A DNA stretch of 64,000 nucleotides, from NCBI GenBank assembly GCA_050012035.1, contig JBEKHY010000012.1, positions 11,110 to 75,109 on the forward strand, read 5' to 3'. Source of the DNA: Verrucomicrobiota bacterium. GTDB lineage: Bacteria > Verrucomicrobiota > Verrucomicrobiia > Limisphaerales > UBA11358. The position numbers and the translations under genes were made by a program. The notes beneath the pieces were generated by a model, which was not told the origin of the DNA, did no database searches, and worked only from the letters and a program-made list of their open reading frames with translations. Of this stretch, positions 39,081-48,730 are shown one piece after another. How positions within the stretch are numbered: position 1 is the first letter of the stretch; the number at the start of each line of letters is the position of its first letter.

Positions 39081-40727
39081 TTGCCGCGCATGACGCCGCC
39101 TACCGTCGCGCCGACCGCGCCCTCCAGACTTTTCCAGCGGCATTGGTTGTGGTGGTTCATGGTGGCGACACTCGTCATCGTCGCCGCCGTCCGGCTCCGG
39201 CTTCTGAACCTTCCGCTGGAGCGCGACGAAGGCGAATACGCCTATGCCGGCCAGCTTATGCTTCAGGGCATCCCGCCCTACCAACTGGCCTACAACATGA
39301 AATTCCCCGGCACGTATGCCGCCTATGCGGTCATCATGGCGCTGTTCGGCCAGACGCCGGCGGGCATTCATTTCGGCTTGCTGTGCCTGACCACGCTGAC
39401 AGCGCTGATGCTTTTCTGGCTCGGCAAAAAAATGCTGGATGAAACGGCAGGAGCCGTTGCTGCTAGCGCCTACGCCGTGCTGGCGGCCTGCCCTTCGATG
39501 CTCGGACTTGCCGGACACGCCACGCACTTTTGCGCGCTTTTTGCCACCGCCGGTCTGTGCGCGATGTGGCTGGCACGGCAGAATGGAAACCGGCTGATCG
39601 CCCTGGCTGCCGGACTCCTTTTCGGCACGGCGGTTTTGATGAAGCAACACGCGGCACTGGTCGCGCTGTGGGCGTTGCTGGCTTGGTTGGTCTGGTGCTT
39701 CCGCAAAACCGGAATCTCCGTCGGCAAACGACTGGTGGCCATTGCGATTTTTGGTGCGGGAATTGTTCTGCCTTTTGCCTTGTGTTGCCTGATTCTCTGG
39801 CAGGCGGACATTTTCGACAAATTCTGGTTCTGGACCGTAAAGTACGGGTGGCAATACGCATCGGTCGTGCCGCTGGATCAAGCACCCGGACTGTTCTGGG
39901 AAGGCGTTCGTCTGGTGACCGTGAGATGTTCCTTGATCTGGCTGATTGCCGGGGCGGGGCTGGTCTGGCTTTGGTTCGATGAACGGCTGAGACCGTCCCG
40001 CCGGTGGTTTCTGGGATTCTGCCTCGCTTCCGTGCTGGCCGTTTGCCCCGATTTTTATTTTCGAAAACACTATTTTTTAATCACGCTGCCCGCGGTGGCG
40101 TTGCTGGCCGGCTGCGCCGTCAGCACGGCGAGCCGCCGGTGGGCGCAAAAGAATTGGGCTTCCTGGTTGAGCGGCTGGCCGGTCTGGGTGTGGGTGGCGG
40201 CGATTGCGTTTACGATTGCGGCCAACCGCGATATCTGGTTCCGGATGACGCCGGCGCGGGCCACGCTTGTAATCTACGGCGACGACCCGTTTGGCCAGGC
40301 GGCAATCATGGCCAAATACATCCAGCTCAACTCACCGCCCGACGCGCGCGTGGCCGTGATGGGCTCCGAACCGGAGATTTATTTTCTGGCCCGTCGCCAC
40401 TCGGCCACCGGCTACCTTTACACTTATCCGTTGATGGAACCGCAGCCGTTTGCGCGGAAAATGCAGGACGACATGATCAGCGAAATCGAAACCAACGCGC
40501 CGGAGTTTGTCATCTTTGCCGATAATCCGCTGTTCTCGTGGGCGCGCCAGCCCGACTCCAACCCGTGGATTTTCGAATGGTGGAATTCCTATCAGACCAA
40601 TTACGTCCGTGTCGGGCTGGTTGACGTGGTGTCGCACTCGGCAACCGTGTTCCGGTTTGGCGCGGAAGACGCGGCGCGCTACGGAAAAATCCGCGGACTC
40701 GGTCTGGAAACCTTTCAACGCAAATAA
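39081..40727 (+). CDS. membrane glycosyltransferase (GT39/ArnT/PMT_2-like)
   Basis: Multi-TM N-terminal domain with a first-loop motif LERDEGEYAYAGQ (the DE motif of GT-C enzymes), then a soluble C-terminal domain. Confidence 0.6.
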   Translation: MPRMTPPTVAPTAPSRLFQRHWLWWFMVATLVIVAAVRLRLLNLPLERDEGEYAYAGQLMLQGIPPYQLAYNMKFPGTYAAYAVIMALFGQTPAGIHFGLLCLTTLTALMLFWLGKKMLDETAGAVAASAYAVLAACPSMLGLAGHATHFCALFATAGLCAMWLARQNGNRLIALAAGLLFGTAVLMKQHAALVALWALLAWLVWCFRKTGISVGKRLVAIAIFGAGIVLPFALCCLILWQADIFDKFWFWTVKYGWQYASVVPLDQAPGLFWEGVRLVTVRCSLIWLIAGAGLVWLWFDERLRPSRRWFLGFCLASVLAVCPDFYFRKHYFLITLPAVALLAGCAVSTASRRWAQKNWASWLSGWPVWVWVAAIAFTIAANRDIWFRMTPARATLVIYGDDPFGQAAIMAKYIQLNSPPDARVAVMGSEPEIYFLARRHSATGYLYTYPLMEPQPFARKMQDDMISEIETNAPEFVIFADNPLFSWARQPDSNPWIFEWWNSYQTNYVRVGLVDVVSHSATVFRFGAEDAARYGKIRGLGLETFQRK

Positions 40728-40731
40728 TCCC

Positions 40732-42387
40732 ATGACTGTGCCACCCGAAAAGGACATTTTCCGCCAAACGGCATGGTGCGCGGCGATTTTGATGACCGCC
40801 GCCGCCGTCTGGCTGCATTTCTATTTTCTATTTCACGCCGGCGGCTTGTGGCGCGACGAAGTGCATGTTGTCAATCTCGCCGCCGGCCACTCCCTGAGCG
40901 ACCTGACCAAGGATTCATTTCCCGCGCTGATGCCGCTGCTGCTCCGCGGCTGGTCCGCCCTCGGCCTCGGGCAAGGCGATTTGAGTTTGCGGCTCCTGGG
41001 AATGCTGGTAGGGATCGGAATCCTGGCGGCACTCTGGGCCACGGCGTGGACGGCGCGACGGCCACCGCTCCTCAGCCTGGCGCTGGTGGGTCTGAACAGT
41101 CTGGTGATTTTTTACGGCGACTCGTTGCGCGGTTACGGCCTGGGCAGCCTGTTCATCCTGCTGACGATGGGGGCCGCGTGGGCATTTCTGAAGAAACCGA
41201 CCTGGGCGCGCGCCGGGATTCTGGCGGCAACGGCCATCTTGAGCGTGCAGGCGCTTTACCAAAACGCCGTGCTGCTGGCCGCCGTCTGCTTCGGCGCGTG
41301 GGTGATTTGCTGGCGGCAGGGAAATTTTCGCGCCGCCATGAAAATCTTACTGGCGGGGCTGGCCGCCGCCGCGTCGTTGTTACCCTATTGGAGCAACCTT
41401 GCCACGCTGCCGCAGACCAGCACGTCATTGCGCATGGGTTTTTATCCGGGCATTGCCTTTGGCAACTTCGATTCCATCGTTGCCTTTCCGCTGACGCAGT
41501 ACCTTTACGTCTGGGAATTTCTCGCGTTGGCGGTTGTCGGGTTTGGCGTCACGTCATTATGGCGCATGGCTTCGTCGAAATCCACCGCGCCGGCCGGTGG
41601 AGCTTCACCGGACGATTTGCGGTTGTTTGCCGCCGCCACCTTGCTGGCGGCGCTGGCCGGTCTCATCGGCTTTTTGTGGTATGCAGCGCTGCCGACCCAG
41701 CCGTGGTATTTCCTGCCGCTCGTGGTTTTGCTGGCCGGATGTTTCGATTTCGGCGTGCCGGTGATGTCGCCGCCGCGAACCTTCCGCGCCGCGGCGTTCG
41801 GGTTCATTGCGGCAACGGCGCTCATTGCGGTGCCGTTCGCGCAACGGGATTTGGACTGGCACTTCACCAACGTTGACCGGCTGGCGCGGCAATTGGCGGC
41901 GGAAGCCGCGCCGCAGGATTTCATCGTCGTCACCCCCTGGTTTTGCGGCATTACCTTTGAGCGTTACTTCAAGGCGCCGACGCCGTGGCAGACTTTGCCG
42001 CCGCTGGCCGACCATTCGCGGCACCGTTACGACCTGGTCCAGGAGCAAATGAAAACGCCCAATGCCCTGCAGCCCGTCTACGATGGAATCGCGGCCACGC
42101 TCCAGTCCGGCCACCGCGTGTGGGTGGTCGGGAACATGCAGATCCCCGAACCCGGCACGCCGTTACCGGGCGATCTGCCGCCGCCGCCGCTGAAACATTC
42201 CGGCTGGTCGGACCTGCCTTATTCCGGAAGGTGGGCGGCGCAGGCCGCCGGCTTCCTCGAAAATCACAGCCTCCAATTTGAGCGCGTGGATCATGAAACC
42301 AACGCCAACGTGAATTACTACGAAAGCCTGCAGTTATTCGAAGCCAGCGGTTGGAGAAATTCCGCCCCGGAAACAAACAAGCCCTGA
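40732..42387 (+). CDS. second GT-C-type membrane glycosyltransferase-like protein
   Basis: ORF 40507..42387. I chose ATG 40732, 5 nt after the upstream stop. The GGLWRDEVHVVNLA loop motif is followed by about 10 TM helices. Confidence 0.5.
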   Translation: MTVPPEKDIFRQTAWCAAILMTAAAVWLHFYFLFHAGGLWRDEVHVVNLAAGHSLSDLTKDSFPALMPLLLRGWSALGLGQGDLSLRLLGMLVGIGILAALWATAWTARRPPLLSLALVGLNSLVIFYGDSLRGYGLGSLFILLTMGAAWAFLKKPTWARAGILAATAILSVQALYQNAVLLAAVCFGAWVICWRQGNFRAAMKILLAGLAAAASLLPYWSNLATLPQTSTSLRMGFYPGIAFGNFDSIVAFPLTQYLYVWEFLALAVVGFGVTSLWRMASSKSTAPAGGASPDDLRLFAAATLLAALAGLIGFLWYAALPTQPWYFLPLVVLLAGCFDFGVPVMSPPRTFRAAAFGFIAATALIAVPFAQRDLDWHFTNVDRLARQLAAEAAPQDFIVVTPWFCGITFERYFKAPTPWQTLPPLADHSRHRYDLVQEQMKTPNALQPVYDGIAATLQSGHRVWVVGNMQIPEPGTPLPGDLPPPPLKHSGWSDLPYSGRWAAQAAGFLENHSLQFERVDHETNANVNYYESLQLFEASGWRNSAPETNKP

Positions 42388-42500
42388 TTTTTCGTACGGC
42401 CCCGGCTTGACGCCGCCGTCTGTCGCTGCGACCTTCTTTTCGCTTGGCGCAAAACGCGGCAGCGTCAGCGGCAGGCCCGTCCTCCGTAGCACTGCGGAGG

Positions 42501-45500
42501 GTGGACAACCTGTTCGCTGACATTGCGAAAGCTCCCGCCGTGCAATCCCTTGCCCGGCGACTGGAGGATGGCGGAGTGTTTACTTGCGCCGGCGTTTGCC
42601 AGGCAGCGCAGCCGTTTTTTGCCGTTCTCCTTCAAAATATTTTCTCGGACCAGCCACTCATCCTCATCACGCCGGATTTGAAAACGCAGGAAAATTTCCA
42701 CCAGGACATCGAAACGTGGCTCGATATGAGTCGAGTATCGGAAAAAACAGCAAGCGCGAACGCCGATTTCAGCTCTCGTCTCTCGACTCTCGACCTTCGA
42801 CCGTTGTTTTATCCCGCCTGGGAAATTTTGCCGCACGAAGGCAAGCTCCCGCACGCCGACACCATCAGCGACCGGTTGCAGACGCTGGTTTCACTCTCCA
42901 ACAATTCCGCACTCCGCACTCCGCACCCCATATTGGTCGTGACCAGCATCACCGCCCTTTTGCAGAAAACCTTCCTGCCCGGCGAAATCCAAAACCGCAC
43001 CCGCTCACTTCGCCGCGCCGATAAAGTAAATCCACTCGACCTGATTGAGTGGTTGGAGGAGCAGGGCTACGACCCTGAGGCGCAGGTCACGCAGAAGGGC
43101 GAAATCGCCTTGCGCGGTGGCATCCTGGACATTTGGCCGCTTATCAGTTCGTGGCCCGTGCGGCTCGAATTCTTCGGCGACGAACTGGAATCACTCCGCC
43201 ATTTCGATCCCCTCACGCAAATTTCGCGCGAGGAAATTTCGAGCGTCACAATTCCGCCCGCCGGCGAACTGGGAATGCTTATGAAGCGGCAGGTGACAGG
43301 TGACAAGTGGCATGACGAAGATTCTCCAGCCAGTAAGCCGAATCCTGTCACTCGTCACGTGTCACTGGCCACCCTCCTGGATTATCTGCCGCGCAAAGCC
43401 ATTTTCATTTTGTGCGAGCCTGAACAACTTTCCGTTCATGCCGACGAATACGCCCAACAAATTCCGGCAGACGACCCGTTTTTCATTTCGTGGCCGGATT
43501 TTCTCCTCGAATCAAACCGGCGCGGCTTCACCTCAATCGAGTTGACCGAAGAAATCGAAATCCGCGAAGCCAATCGCCAATCGGCAATCGGCAATCCGCA
43601 TTTCGCATCGCTCGACGCCTATCGTCCGCTGGCCGAACGCGCGCCGGAACTGCAAATTGCCGAGGCGCAGCGCCGCGAGTTCTTCCATCAACTCCATCGC
43701 TGGCTGCGACAGGGTTATGCGGTTCACGTCTTCTGCAACAACGACGGCGAACGGCAGCGGTTTGAAGAAATCTGGATGGAACTCGTGGGACAGGCTTCCA
43801 GCCTGTCTCCATCTGAAAAAGGCCCCCGGAAAGAAATTGGAGACAGGCGGGACGCCTGTCCTGCACTGCACCTCGGCATGCTTTCCCGCGGCTTCGTCTG
43901 CGAAGATGCCAAACTGGTCGTCGTCACCGACGCCGAGATTTTCGGGCGCTACAAAATCCAGCGGCCGCGCCGGCTCAAATCCCCACACGCGGCGGCGATG
44001 CGCTCGGCGCTGGAGATTGATTTCACAGATTTGGAGGAAGGTGACCTGGTCGTGCATCTGCAATACGGCATCGGCCGTTATCTCGGCCTGAAAAATCTGC
44101 CCGCCAGTTCGCGAACCGAAGCCCCAGATGCCAGACGCCAGACGCCAGATGCCGGCACGGAGTGCCTTGTCATCGAATACGCGCCCGCGAATCCCGGCGA
44201 TGAGCCGCCCAAACTTTACGTGCCGGTCAGCGAGGCGCACTTGGTCAGCAAATACGTTGGCGCGGGCAAGGCGCATCCGCCGTTGAACACGCTGGGCGGC
44301 ACGCGCTGGAAAAAGGCGAAGGCGCAGGCGGAACGCGCCGTGCGCGATGTCGCCGCCGAACTGCTGGCCATCCAGGCTGCGCGGGAAACACAGCCCGGCC
44401 ACGCCTTTGCGCCGGACGCGCCCTGGCAGCGCGAATTTGAGAGTGCGTTCATCTACGAGGAAACGCCCGACCAGTTCCGCTCCATCGTCGAAACCAAGGC
44501 CGATATGGAGCGCGCGAAACCGATGGACCGGCTGATTTGCGGCGACGCCGGCTTTGGCAAAACCGAGGTCGCCATCCGTGCCGCGTTCAAAGCGGTGATA
44601 GGCGGCAAACAAGTCGCCGTGCTCGTGCCGACAACGGTACTGGCCCAGCAACATTTCAACACGTTCCGCGAGCGCATGGCGGATTACCCCATGCGCATCG
44701 AATTGCTCTCACGCTTCCGCTCGCGCCGCCAGCAACAGCGTGTCGTGAAAGATTTGGCCAACGGCTCGGTGGACATTGTTATTGGCACGCACCGGCTGAT
44801 TCAAAACGACATCACCTTCAAGGAACTCGGTCTGGTCGTGATTGACGAGGAACAGCGGTTCGGCGTGTTACACAAGGAAAAATTCAAGCGCCTGCGCACA
44901 CTGGTGGACGTGCTCACGCTCAGCGCCACGCCGATTCCGCGCACGCTCTACCTTGCGCTCACCGGCGCGCGCGACATGAGCACCATCCAGACGCCGCCGC
45001 AGGATCGCTTGCCGGTCGAAACCATCGTCACCCAATTCGACGAGCGCGTCATTCGCGACGCCATTCAGCGTGAACTGAATCGCGGCGGACAGGTTTTCTT
45101 TTTGCACAACCGCGTGATGACCATTCAAACGATGGCCGACCGGTTGAAACGGTTGCAGCCGCACGCGCGCATCGTCGTCGGCCACGGCCAGATGGAATCG
45201 GACGAACTCGAAGAGGTCATGACGAAATTCGTCAATGGCGAGGCGGATGTTCTACTTTCCACGACCATTATCGAGAGCGGCCTCGACATTCCGAACGCGA
45301 ACACCATCATCATTGACCGCGCCGACCGTTTCGGTCTGAGCGATTTGTATCAACTGCGCGGGCGCGTCGGGCGTTACAAGCATCAGGCTTACGCTTACCT
45401 GATGTTGCCGCGCCATGTGAGCCTGCTCACCGATGTGCGCAAACGCATCAGCGCCATTCGGCAATACTCGACGCTCGGCAGCGGCTTCAAAATCGCCATG

Positions 45501-46082
45501 CGCGATCTGGAAATCCGCGGTGCCGGCAATCTGCTCGGCGCGGAACAAAGCGGCCACATCACCGCTATCGGCTTCGAGCTTTACTGCCAGTTACTCAAAC
45601 AAAGTATTGGCGCGCTGAAGGGTGAAAAAGTGAAACCGAGAGTGGACGTGGCAATGAAATTGGATTTCCTGAACCAGTCAGTCGTCAGTAGTCAGTCGTC
45701 CGTAGCTACTGACTACAAACCATTGACCGCTGACAAATCTGCTTCCCTTCCTCACCACTACATCACCGAACCGCAACACCGTATCGAAATCTACCGCAAA
45801 CTCGCACAGGCGACGGACAAGCTGGCGCTGGAAAATTTGCAAACGGAATTGCGCGACCGCTTCGGTCCGTTGCCGCCGCCAGTAGAGTTGCTCTTGCTCG
45901 TGGCCGAACTGAAAATTCTCGCCAGCGAAAAAGCCGTGACTGCCATTGAAGTGAAGGATGACAAGCTGATGCTCACGCGCTACGGCGATTTCCTCACGCT
46001 CGGTGGCAAATTCCCGCGACTCACGAAAAAGGACGCCAAGGCGCGGTTGAAGGAAATCAAGAAACTGCTGCTGGCGATCTAG
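42501..46082 (+). CDS. mfd: transcription-repair coupling factor Mfd
   Basis: ORF 42444..46082. GTG 42501 is the likely start, since the upstream codons are a REP hairpin. Motifs [36 protein letters not shown] and QLRGRVGR are present. The ORF carries several in-frame repeat cassettes. Confidence 0.9.
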   Translation: MDNLFADIAKAPAVQSLARRLEDGGVFTCAGVCQAAQPFFAVLLQNIFSDQPLILITPDLKTQENFHQDIETWLDMSRVSEKTASANADFSSRLSTLDLRPLFYPAWEILPHEGKLPHADTISDRLQTLVSLSNNSALRTPHPILVVTSITALLQKTFLPGEIQNRTRSLRRADKVNPLDLIEWLEEQGYDPEAQVTQKGEIALRGGILDIWPLISSWPVRLEFFGDELESLRHFDPLTQISREEISSVTIPPAGELGMLMKRQVTGDKWHDEDSPASKPNPVTRHVSLATLLDYLPRKAIFILCEPEQLSVHADEYAQQIPADDPFFISWPDFLLESNRRGFTSIELTEEIEIREANRQSAIGNPHFASLDAYRPLAERAPELQIAEAQRREFFHQLHRWLRQGYAVHVFCNNDGERQRFEEIWMELVGQASSLSPSEKGPRKEIGDRRDACPALHLGMLSRGFVCEDAKLVVVTDAEIFGRYKIQRPRRLKSPHAAAMRSALEIDFTDLEEGDLVVHLQYGIGRYLGLKNLPASSRTEAPDARRQTPDAGTECLVIEYAPANPGDEPPKLYVPVSEAHLVSKYVGAGKAHPPLNTLGGTRWKKAKAQAERAVRDVAAELLAIQAARETQPGHAFAPDAPWQREFESAFIYEETPDQFRSIVETKADMERAKPMDRLICGDAGFGKTEVAIRAAFKAVIGGKQVAVLVPTTVLAQQHFNTFRERMADYPMRIELLSRFRSRRQQQRVVKDLANGSVDIVIGTHRLIQNDITFKELGLVVIDEEQRFGVLHKEKFKRLRTLVDVLTLSATPIPRTLYLALTGARDMSTIQTPPQDRLPVETIVTQFDERVIRDAIQRELNRGGQVFFLHNRVMTIQTMADRLKRLQPHARIVVGHGQMESDELEEVMTKFVNGEADVLLSTTIIESGLDIPNANTIIIDRADRFGLSDLYQLRGRVGRYKHQAYAYLMLPRHVSLLTDVRKRISAIRQYSTLGSGFKIAMRDLEIRGAGNLLGAEQSGHITAIGFELYCQLLKQSIGALKGEKVKPRVDVAMKLDFLNQSVVSSQSSVATDYKPLTADKSASLPHHYITEPQHRIEIYRKLAQATDKLALENLQTELRDRFGPLPPPVELLLLVAELKILASEKAVTAIEVKDDKLMLTRYGDFLTLGGKFPRLTKKDAKARLKEIKKLLLAI
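42775..42802. repeat. heptad array within mfd
   Basis: CTCGTCT CTCGACT CTCGACC TTCGACC. Confidence 0.8.
42906..42926. repeat. three perfect TCCGCAC heptads within mfd
   Basis: TCCGCAC TCCGCAC TCCGCAC. Confidence 0.85.
43291..43372. repeat. inverted heptad arms within mfd
   Basis: AGGTGAC AGGTGAC AAGTGGC (43291-43311), then 33 nt, then CTGTCAC TCGTCAC GTGTCAC TGGCCAC (43345-43372). Confidence 0.85.
43551..43613. repeat. nine-unit heptad array within mfd
   Basis: GAAATCG AAATCCG CGAAGCC AATCGCC AATCGGC AATCGGC AATCCGC ATTTCGC ATCGCTC. Confidence 0.8.
43787..43861. repeat. two GC-rich REP-like hairpins within mfd
   Basis: GGGACAGGCT-TCC-AGCCTGTCTCC (43787-43810) and GGAGACAGGCG-GGA-CGCCTGTCC (43839-43861). 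Confidence 0.8.
44124..44151. repeat. heptad array within mfd
   Basis: CCAGATG CCAGACG CCAGACG CCAGATG. Confidence 0.85.
45680..45714. repeat. heptad array with internal inverted repeat, within mfd
   Basis: AGTCGTC AGTAGTC AGTCGTC CGTAGCT ACTGACT. GTAGTCAGT and ACTGACTAC are complementary. Confidence 0.8.
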
Positions 46083-46274
46083 CGCCGGAGGTGCGACAGA
46101 CAGTAGCCCACGGTGAAACCGTGGGAAAACGAGGGTTGGATTCAAGCCCCGGACGGGGCGAAAGAAAATTCCCATCATCGTCCGAATCTGCCGCCCCTGC
46201 CGGGGCTTTGCGCGTTTTGACGAACGAACCCACGGCTACCGCCGTGGGCTATTTTCTTCCGCGCCTCCGGCGCT
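46081..46274. mobile_element. MITE-like nested palindromic element (about 194 nt, no ORF)
   Basis: The terminal inverted repeats AGCGCCGGAGGTGCG (46081-46095) and CGCGCCTCCGGCGCT (46260-46274) match at 14 of 15 positions. The sub-terminal hairpins are CCCACGG-TGAAA-CCGTGGG and CCCACGGC-TACC-GCCGTGGG. The central inverted repeat is AAGCCCCGGACGGGGCG ... CGCCCCTGCCGGGGCTT. Confidence 0.55.
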
Positions 46275-46275
46275 G

Positions 46276-46350
46276 AAAATTGCACCTCAAACAAAATCGG
46301 ATGCCAGGGCGCGGCTGAAGGAAATCAAGAAACTGCTGCTGGCGATTTGA
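46276..46350 (+). repeat. orphan diverged duplicate of the last 25 codons of mfd
   Basis: It translates to [24 protein letters not shown], against [24 protein letters not shown] at 46008-46082. The last 51 nt are 46/51 identical. Confidence 0.85.
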
Positions 46351-46548
46351 GTTTGGGGAGCGCAGCCGCCCTCGGCTGCGGTTCGACGCGCCTTCGCGGC
46401 GAACACCGTGATGAGCCTGTGTCAACGACGAGGCGTCGTTGGCGGCACGCGAGGCGCGTGCGCTCCTGTTTCAAATCACGCCCGGTTGTAGATTGCCAGC
46501 AATGAAAAAGACTCGCGGATAAGCTGTCCTCGCTCCTATTTTCTCCGC

Positions 46549-47625
46549 GTGCATCTGGCCCATTTGCGACTCCGCGACTTCCGCAATTACGCGCGGTTGG
46601 ACGTGGATTTCGCGCCCGGCTTCCATCTGCTGCTCGGCGACAACGCGCAGGGCAAGACGAACATCCTCGAAGCGGTTTATCTCATGGCCACGCTGCGCTC
46701 GTTCCGTGGCGTCGGCGGCGCGCAGATAATCCGGCACGGACAGAAAGGCTACTTCGTCGGCGGCAATGTGGTGGGGCAGGGCGAGCACGAAATCAAAATT
46801 TACTGGTCGGCGCGCGAACGCAAACTGGCGCTGGATGGCCAGCCGGTGAGAAAACTTTCCGACTATCTCGGCGTGCTGCGCGCGGTGGTGTTTTGCACGG
46901 AGGATGTGCACCTGGTCAAGGGCACGGCCCGCGCACGCCGGCGGTTTTTGGATTTGCTGCTGGCACAGACGCAGCCCCGTTATCTGCCGCTGCTCCAGCG
47001 TTACCTGCGCGCCGTCCGCGCCCGCAACGCGTTGCTGAAACAACACGCCGTTGATGAAGCTGCACTCGACAGTTTCTCGCAGGAGCTGGTGAAGCTCGGC
47101 GATGAAATCGTCCGCGCCCGGCGTGAACTGGTGCCGAAATTTTCGCCGCTGGCGCGCCTCGCGTATCGCCGTGTTTCCAACGACGCCGAGGAATTGCGTA
47201 TTGAATATCAGCCAAGCGTGAAGAAGGATTTCGCCGTCGAACTCGCGCAATCCCGTGCCCGCGAGCGGACGTATCGCTTCACGCTCGTCGGGCCGCACCG
47301 TGACGATTTGCAATTGCTGCTCGACGAAAAATCCGCCGCGCAGTTCGGCAGCGAAGGCCAGAAACGCACCCTGGCCATCGCCTTGAAAATGGCGCAGGCG
47401 GAATATCTGACCGGCATCCATGGCAGTCCGCCGGTGCTGTTGATTGACGACGTGATGGGTGAGCTGGACGAGAAGCGGCGCGCCGGTTTCCTGCCGTTGC
47501 TGGAACAGGCGCGCAGAACCCACGGCCAGGTCTTCATGACTGCCACCGGGGAAAACTGGCCTTGCGAGCTGGGCAAAGATTTGCAGAAATGGGAAGTGAT
47601 AGCCGGAACTTTATTGAAACACTAA
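46549..47625 (+). CDS. recF: DNA replication and repair protein RecF
   Basis: GTG start. MHLAHLRLRDFRNY, Walker A GDNAQGKTNILEA, and C-terminal LLIDDVMGELDEKRR. Confidence 0.9.
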   Translation: MHLAHLRLRDFRNYARLDVDFAPGFHLLLGDNAQGKTNILEAVYLMATLRSFRGVGGAQIIRHGQKGYFVGGNVVGQGEHEIKIYWSARERKLALDGQPVRKLSDYLGVLRAVVFCTEDVHLVKGTARARRRFLDLLLAQTQPRYLPLLQRYLRAVRARNALLKQHAVDEAALDSFSQELVKLGDEIVRARRELVPKFSPLARLAYRRVSNDAEELRIEYQPSVKKDFAVELAQSRARERTYRFTLVGPHRDDLQLLLDEKSAAQFGSEGQKRTLAIALKMAQAEYLTGIHGSPPVLLIDDVMGELDEKRRAGFLPLLEQARRTHGQVFMTATGENWPCELGKDLQKWEVIAGTLLKH

Positions 47626-47692
47626 TTTCACGAATTGACGCGAATTGAAAAATGAATTCGTGAAAATTCGTGCAATTCGTGGCTGTTTTTTT
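47626..47692. repeat. cluster of five AATTCGYG octamers (2 reverse, 3 forward) followed by a T-run
   Basis: TTTCACGAATT (47626-36) is complementary to AATTCGTGAAA (47655-65). Forward copies are at 47655, 47665 and 47674. T7 lies at 47686-47692, 12 nt before the trpS ATG. Confidence 0.75.
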
Positions 47693-47703
47693 ATCTTTCG
47701 GTC

Positions 47704-48669
47704 ATGCGAATTTTGTCAGGCATCCAACCCAGCGGCGCGCTGCATCTCGGAAATTATTTCGGGATGATGCGGCCCGCCATCGAGTTGCAGGAAAAAGGCG
47801 AGGCGTTTTACTTCATTGCAAACTACCATTCCATGACGTCGCTGTTCGATCCCGCCGAGCGGCGCAAAAACACAATGGAGGTGGCGCTGGATTTCCTCGC
47901 GTGCGGCCTTGACCCCAAGCGGACCGTGTTCTTCCGCCAATCCGACGTGCCGGAAGTGACCGAGTTGACGTGGCTGCTTTCCACGGTGACGCCGATGGGC
48001 CTGCTCGAACGCGCCCACAGCTACAAGGACAAAATCGCCAAGGGCATCGCGCCGAGCCACGGCCTGTTCGCCTATCCGGTGCTCATGGCGGCGGACATTT
48101 TGATTTACGACTCGAACGTCGTGCCGGTGGGCCAGGACCAGAAACAGCACGTCGAGATGACGCGCGACATCGCCATCAAGTTCAACGAACAGTACGGCGA
48201 GACGTTTGTGGTTCCTGAACCGCAGGTCCGTGACGAAGTGGCCAAGGTGCCCGGCACGGATGGCGAGAAAATGAGCAAGAGTTACGGCAACACCATCGAG
48301 ATTTTCGGCAACGAGAAGGTACTGCGCAAAAAAGTCATGAGCATCAAAATGGACAGCCGCACGCCGCAGGAGCCGAAACCCGACGCCGACCAGAACAACG
48401 CGATCCAATTGCTCAAACTCGTCGCCCCGGCGGATGTGGCGAAGGATTTTGAAAATCGTCTCCGTGCTGGCGGGCTAGGCTACGGCGATTTGAAGAAGGC
48501 GTTGTTCGAGCATTACTGGAATTATTTTGCCGACGCGCGGAAGAAACGCGCGGAACTCGCGGCGAATCCGGATTTCGTGAACAAGGTTTTGAGCGATGGC
48601 GCGGCCAAGGCGCGGGCGAAGGCTGGAGAGGTTTTGAAACGGGCGCGCAAGGCGAGCGGGCTGGAGTAA
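47704..48669 (+). CDS. trpS: tryptophan--tRNA ligase
   Basis: 321 aa. GIQPSGALHLGNY is the HIGH-type motif and KMSKS is present (GEKMSKSYGN). Confidence 0.95.
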   Translation: MRILSGIQPSGALHLGNYFGMMRPAIELQEKGEAFYFIANYHSMTSLFDPAERRKNTMEVALDFLACGLDPKRTVFFRQSDVPEVTELTWLLSTVTPMGLLERAHSYKDKIAKGIAPSHGLFAYPVLMAADILIYDSNVVPVGQDQKQHVEMTRDIAIKFNEQYGETFVVPEPQVRDEVAKVPGTDGEKMSKSYGNTIEIFGNEKVLRKKVMSIKMDSRTPQEPKPDADQNNAIQLLKLVAPADVAKDFENRLRAGGLGYGDLKKALFEHYWNYFADARKKRAELAANPDFVNKVLSDGAAKARAKAGEVLKRARKASGLE

Positions 48670-48690
48670 CAGCAAAATCGTATTTGTAGC

Positions 48691-48729
48691 CGCAGGCTTT
48701 AGCCTGCGCAACGCAACCTGAAGGTTGCG
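48691..48729. terminator. two tandem perfect hairpins between convergent trpS and kdsD
   Basis: CGCAGGCT-TT-AGCCTGCG (48691-48708) and CGCAACCT-GA-AGGTTGCG (48712-48729). They may act as a bidirectional terminator or be REP-like. The 2-nt loops are unusually tight. Confidence 0.45.
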
Positions 48730-48730
48730 G

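Noticed and set aside
42444-42500. The TTG start of the mfd ORF at 42444, as given by the ORF track.
   Set aside because: Codons 1-19 are encoded by a REP hairpin (CCTCCG-TAGCACTG-CGGAGG) and have no counterpart in Mfd N-termini. I prefer GTG 42501. The same logic was used to trim the N-terminal extensions of ORFs 410, 3107, 9905, 11987, 12730, 15078, 17374, 18922, 19833, 21019, 21876, 28047, 29991, 38019, 40507 and 61856, and of the minus-strand ORFs ending at 28291, 38046, 50601 and 62028.
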